This document shows, in pieces, positions 60,601 to 64,000 of a DNA stretch of 64,000 nt; the first letter of the stretch is position 1; every line of letters starts with the position of its first letter. The stretch is taken from the NCBI RefSeq assembly GCF_963921235.1, contig NC_086097.1, positions 105,526,001 through 105,590,000 of the forward strand, in the 5' to 3' direction. The notes under the pieces are model-generated. The model was not told where the DNA came from. It made no database searches and saw only the letters and a list, made by a program, of their open reading frames with translations. The position numbers and the translations under genes are program-made. This DNA comes from Mobula hypostoma. Lineage: Eukaryota.

Positions 60601-63600
60601 GTATAAGGGCTGGATGAGTGTAATAGCTGGGTCAGTGGACGGACTGTGTCAGTATATGGACTGGGTCAGTGTAAGGAGTGGTTCAGTGTAAGGGCTGAAT
60701 GAGTGTAAGAACTGGGTCAGCGAAAGAACCTGGGCAGTGTAAGGGCAGGGTCTGTGTAAGGGATGGGTCAGCGTACGGACTGGATGAGTGTAAGGGCTTG
60801 GTCAGAGTCATGACCTGTTCAGTGTAAGGGCTGGATCAGTGTATGGCCTGGATCAGTGGAAGGGCTGCATCAGGGTCAAGACCTGATCGGTGGAAGGGAT
60901 TGGTCAGTGCAACTGCTGGGTCAGTCTTAGGGTGGATCAATGTAAGGACTGGGTCAGTTTAAGGGCATGATCAGTGTATGGGCTGGGTCAGTATATGGGC
61001 TGGGTCAGTGTAAGTCTGGCTCAGTGTACGGACCTGCCCTATGTAAGGGCTGGAACAGTGTATGGTCGCATTCAGTGTAAGGGTTGGGTTAGTGTGTGGC
61101 CCGGGTCAGTATCAGGGCTGGGTCAAAGTTACTGCTGGGTCTGTGTAAGGGCTGGGTTTGTGCAAGAGCTGAGTCAGTGTAAGGGCTGACTTCAGTGTAG
61201 CAACTGGGTCAGTATAAGGTCTAGATCAGATTAAGGGCTTGGTCAGTGTCAGTACTAGATTACTGTAAGGACTGGCTCTGTGTAAGGGCTGGGACAGTGT
61301 AAGCGCTGGGTCAGTATAAGGGCTGTATAAGCGGAAGTGCTGGGTCACTAAGGGATAGGTCAGTGTAAGGGTTAGTTCAGTGTAAGGATGGGACAGTGTA
61401 AGGGCTGGGTCCAAGTAAGGGCCTGAGCAGTTTAGGGGCATGATCAGTGTATGGGCTGGGTCACTGTAAGTGCTGGTTCAGTGTAAGGCCTGGGTCAGTA
61501 TAAAGTTTAGATCAGTGTAAGGGCTTGGTCAGTGTCAGAACTAGATCCTTGTAAGGACTGGGTCAGTGTATGGGCTGGGTCAGTTTAAGGGCATGATCAG
61601 CGTAAGGATTGGGTCACTGAAAGTGATGGTTCAGTGTGAGGCCTCGGTCAGTATAAAGTCTAGCTCAGTGTAAGGGCTTGGTCAGTGTCAGTGGTACATC
61701 ACTGTAAAGACTGTTAGTGTAGGACTGGGTCGGTGTAAGGGCTGGGTCAGTGTAAGGGCTGGATCAGTGTAAAGGCTGGGACAGTGTAAGGCTGGGTCAG
61801 TGTAAGGCTGGGTCAGTGTAAGGGCTGGATGAGCGGAAGGGCTGGGTCACTGTAAGGGATGGGTCAGGTTAAGGGCTAAGTCAGTGTAAGGGATAGGACA
61901 GTGTAAGGGCTGGGTCAGAGTAAGGACCTGAGCAGTGTAAGGGCTGGATCAGTGAATGGGCTGGGTCAGTGTAAGTACTGGTTCAGTGTAAGGCCTGGGT
62001 CAGAATAAAGTCTAGCTCAGTGTAAGGGCTTGTTCAGTATCAGTACTAGATCACTGTAAGGACTGGATCCGTGTGTGGGCTGGGTCAGTGTAAGGACTGC
62101 GTCAGTGTAAGGGCTTGTTCAGTATCAGTACTAGATCACTGTAAGGACTGGATCCGTGTGTGGGCTGGGTCAGTGTAAGGACTGCGTCAGTGTAAGGGCA
62201 GGGTCAGTGTAAGGGCTGGCTCAACGTATAGGCTTGGTCAGTGTAAGGGATGGGTCAGTGTAAGGGCTGGTTGAGTGTAATGCCAGGGTCAGTGTAAGTG
62301 CTGGATGAGTGTAAGGGCTGGGTCAGTATCAAGACTGGATGAGTGGAAGGGCAGGGTTAGTATAAGGACCTGAACAGTGTAAGGGCTGGGTCAGTATAAG
62401 GGTTGGATGAGTGTAATAGCTGGGTCAGTGGAATGACTGGGTCAGTGTATGGGCTGGGTCAGTGTAAGGAGTGGTTCAGTGTAAGGGCTGAATGAGTGTA
62501 AGAACTGGGTCAGCGAAAGAACTTGGGCAGTGTAAGGGCAGGGTCTGTGTAAGGGATGGGTCACTGTGCGGGCTGGATGAGTGTAAGGGCTTGGTCAGAG
62601 TCAGGACCTGTTCAGTGTAAGGGCTGGGTCAGTGTGTGGGCTGGGTCAGTATAAGAGCTAAGTTAGTGTAAGGACCTGCCCTATGTAAGGGATGGGTCAG
62701 TGTAATCGATGGGTCGGTGTCAAGACCTGGTCGGTGTAAGGGCTGGATCCGTGTATGGGCTTGGTCAGTGTAACTGCTGGGTCAGTGTAAGGACCTGAAC
62801 AGTGTAAGAGCTGGGTCAGTATAAGGGCTGGATCCGTGTATGGGCTTGGTCAGTGTAACTGCTGGGTCAGTGTAATGCCAAGGTCAGTGTAAGTGCTGGA
62901 TGAGAGTAAGGGCTGGGTCAGTGTAAAGACTGGATGAGTGGAAGGGCTGGGTCAGTGTAAGGACCTGAACAGTGTAAGCGCTAGATGAATGTAAGTGCAT
63001 GGTCAATGGAAGGACTGGGTCAGTGTAAGGGATGAGTCAGTATAAGGACCAGAACAGTGTAAGAGCAGGGTCAGTATAAGGGCTGGATGAGTGTAATAGC
63101 TGGGTCAGTGGACGGACTGTGTCAGTATATGGACTGGGTCAGTGTAAGGAGTGGTTCAGTGTAAGGGCTGAATGAGTGTAAGAACTGGGTCAGCGAAAGA
63201 ACCTGGGCAGTGTAAGGGCAGGGTCTGTGTAAGGGATGGGTCAGCGTACGGACTGGATGAGTGTAAGGGCTTGGTCAGAGTCATGACCTGTTCAGTGTAA
63301 GGGCTGGATCAGTGTATGGCCTGGATCAGTGGAAGGGCTGCATCAGGGTCAAGACCTGATCGGTGGAAGGGATTGGTCAGTGCAACTGCTGGGTCAGTCT
63401 TAGGGTGGATCAATGTAAGGACTGGGTCAGTTTAAGGGCATGATCAGTGTATGGGCTGGGTCAGTATATGGGCTGGGTCAGTGTAAGTCTGGCTCAGTGT
63501 ACGGACCTGCCCTATGTAAGGGCTGGAACAGTGTATGGTCTCATTCAGTGTAAGGGTTGGGTCAGTGTGTGGGCCGGGTCAGTGTTACTGCTCGGTCTGT

Positions 63601-64000
63601 GTAAGGGCTGGGTCTGTGCAAGAGCTGAGTCAGTGTAAGGGCTGACTTCAGTGTAGCAACTGGGTCAGTATAAGGGCTGCATCATTGTAAGGGCTAGGTC
63701 AGGGTAAGGACTGGGTCAGTGTAATGACTGAATCAGCGTAAGGGTTGGGACAGGGAAATTGCTGGTTCAGTGTAAGGCCTGCGTCAGTATAAGGTCTAGA
63801 TCAGTGTAAGGGCTTGGTCGGTGTCAGTACTAGGTTACTGTAAGGACTGGGTTAGTGTAGGACTGGGTCAGTGTACGGGCTGGGTTAACGTACAGGCTGG
63901 ATGAGTGTAAGGGCTGGTCAGTGTAAGGACCTGGGTAGTGTAAGAGATGGGTCAGTGTAAGGGATGGATGAGTGTAATGCCAGGGTCACTGTTAGGGCTG
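51679..64000. repeat. 17-bp G-rich satellite, segment 3 (runs off the window), including a ~2.46-kb tandem duplication
   Basis: Same consensus. ~58545-61070 is repeated at +2456/+2473. Confidence 0.97.

Noticed and set aside
36626..64000. True telomeric tract or immunoglobulin switch region
   Set aside because: No tandem (TTAGGG)n. GGGCT is present but AGCT is only occasional, and no Ig exons are visible.

Overview
Gene-free, repeat-saturated vertebrate DNA. The CR1 families, their 7-8 bp microsatellite tails and the Gypsy-type LTR suggest a cartilaginous fish or similar; this is inference only. No host protein-coding gene, RNA gene or CRISPR array is supported. Contents: (i) seven CR1-clade LINE copies or fragments from at least three families, all decayed or truncated, several nested. 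(ii) A 24.9-kb solo-LTR-like element (5306-30204; TGTCATA...TATGACA, exact 5-bp TSD AAATC) inserted in a near full-length CR1; about 23.9 kb of it is a modular CTC-based tandem array. (iii) Three reverse-strand fragments of a related LTR, two carrying only short versions of a related repeat and fused to a 33-bp minisatellite at an identical junction. (iv) A 33-bp minisatellite with a homogenised core. (v) An approximately 27-kb domain of a G-rich 17-bp satellite with kb-scale duplications, running off the right end. All giant ORFs (up to 5177 aa) are by-products of stop-free repeats. The most notable feature is the apparent growth of a large satellite inside a single LTR, with TSDs, a pre-insertion reference copy and short-array relatives all visible in the window. 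Coordinates and identities were read by eye.
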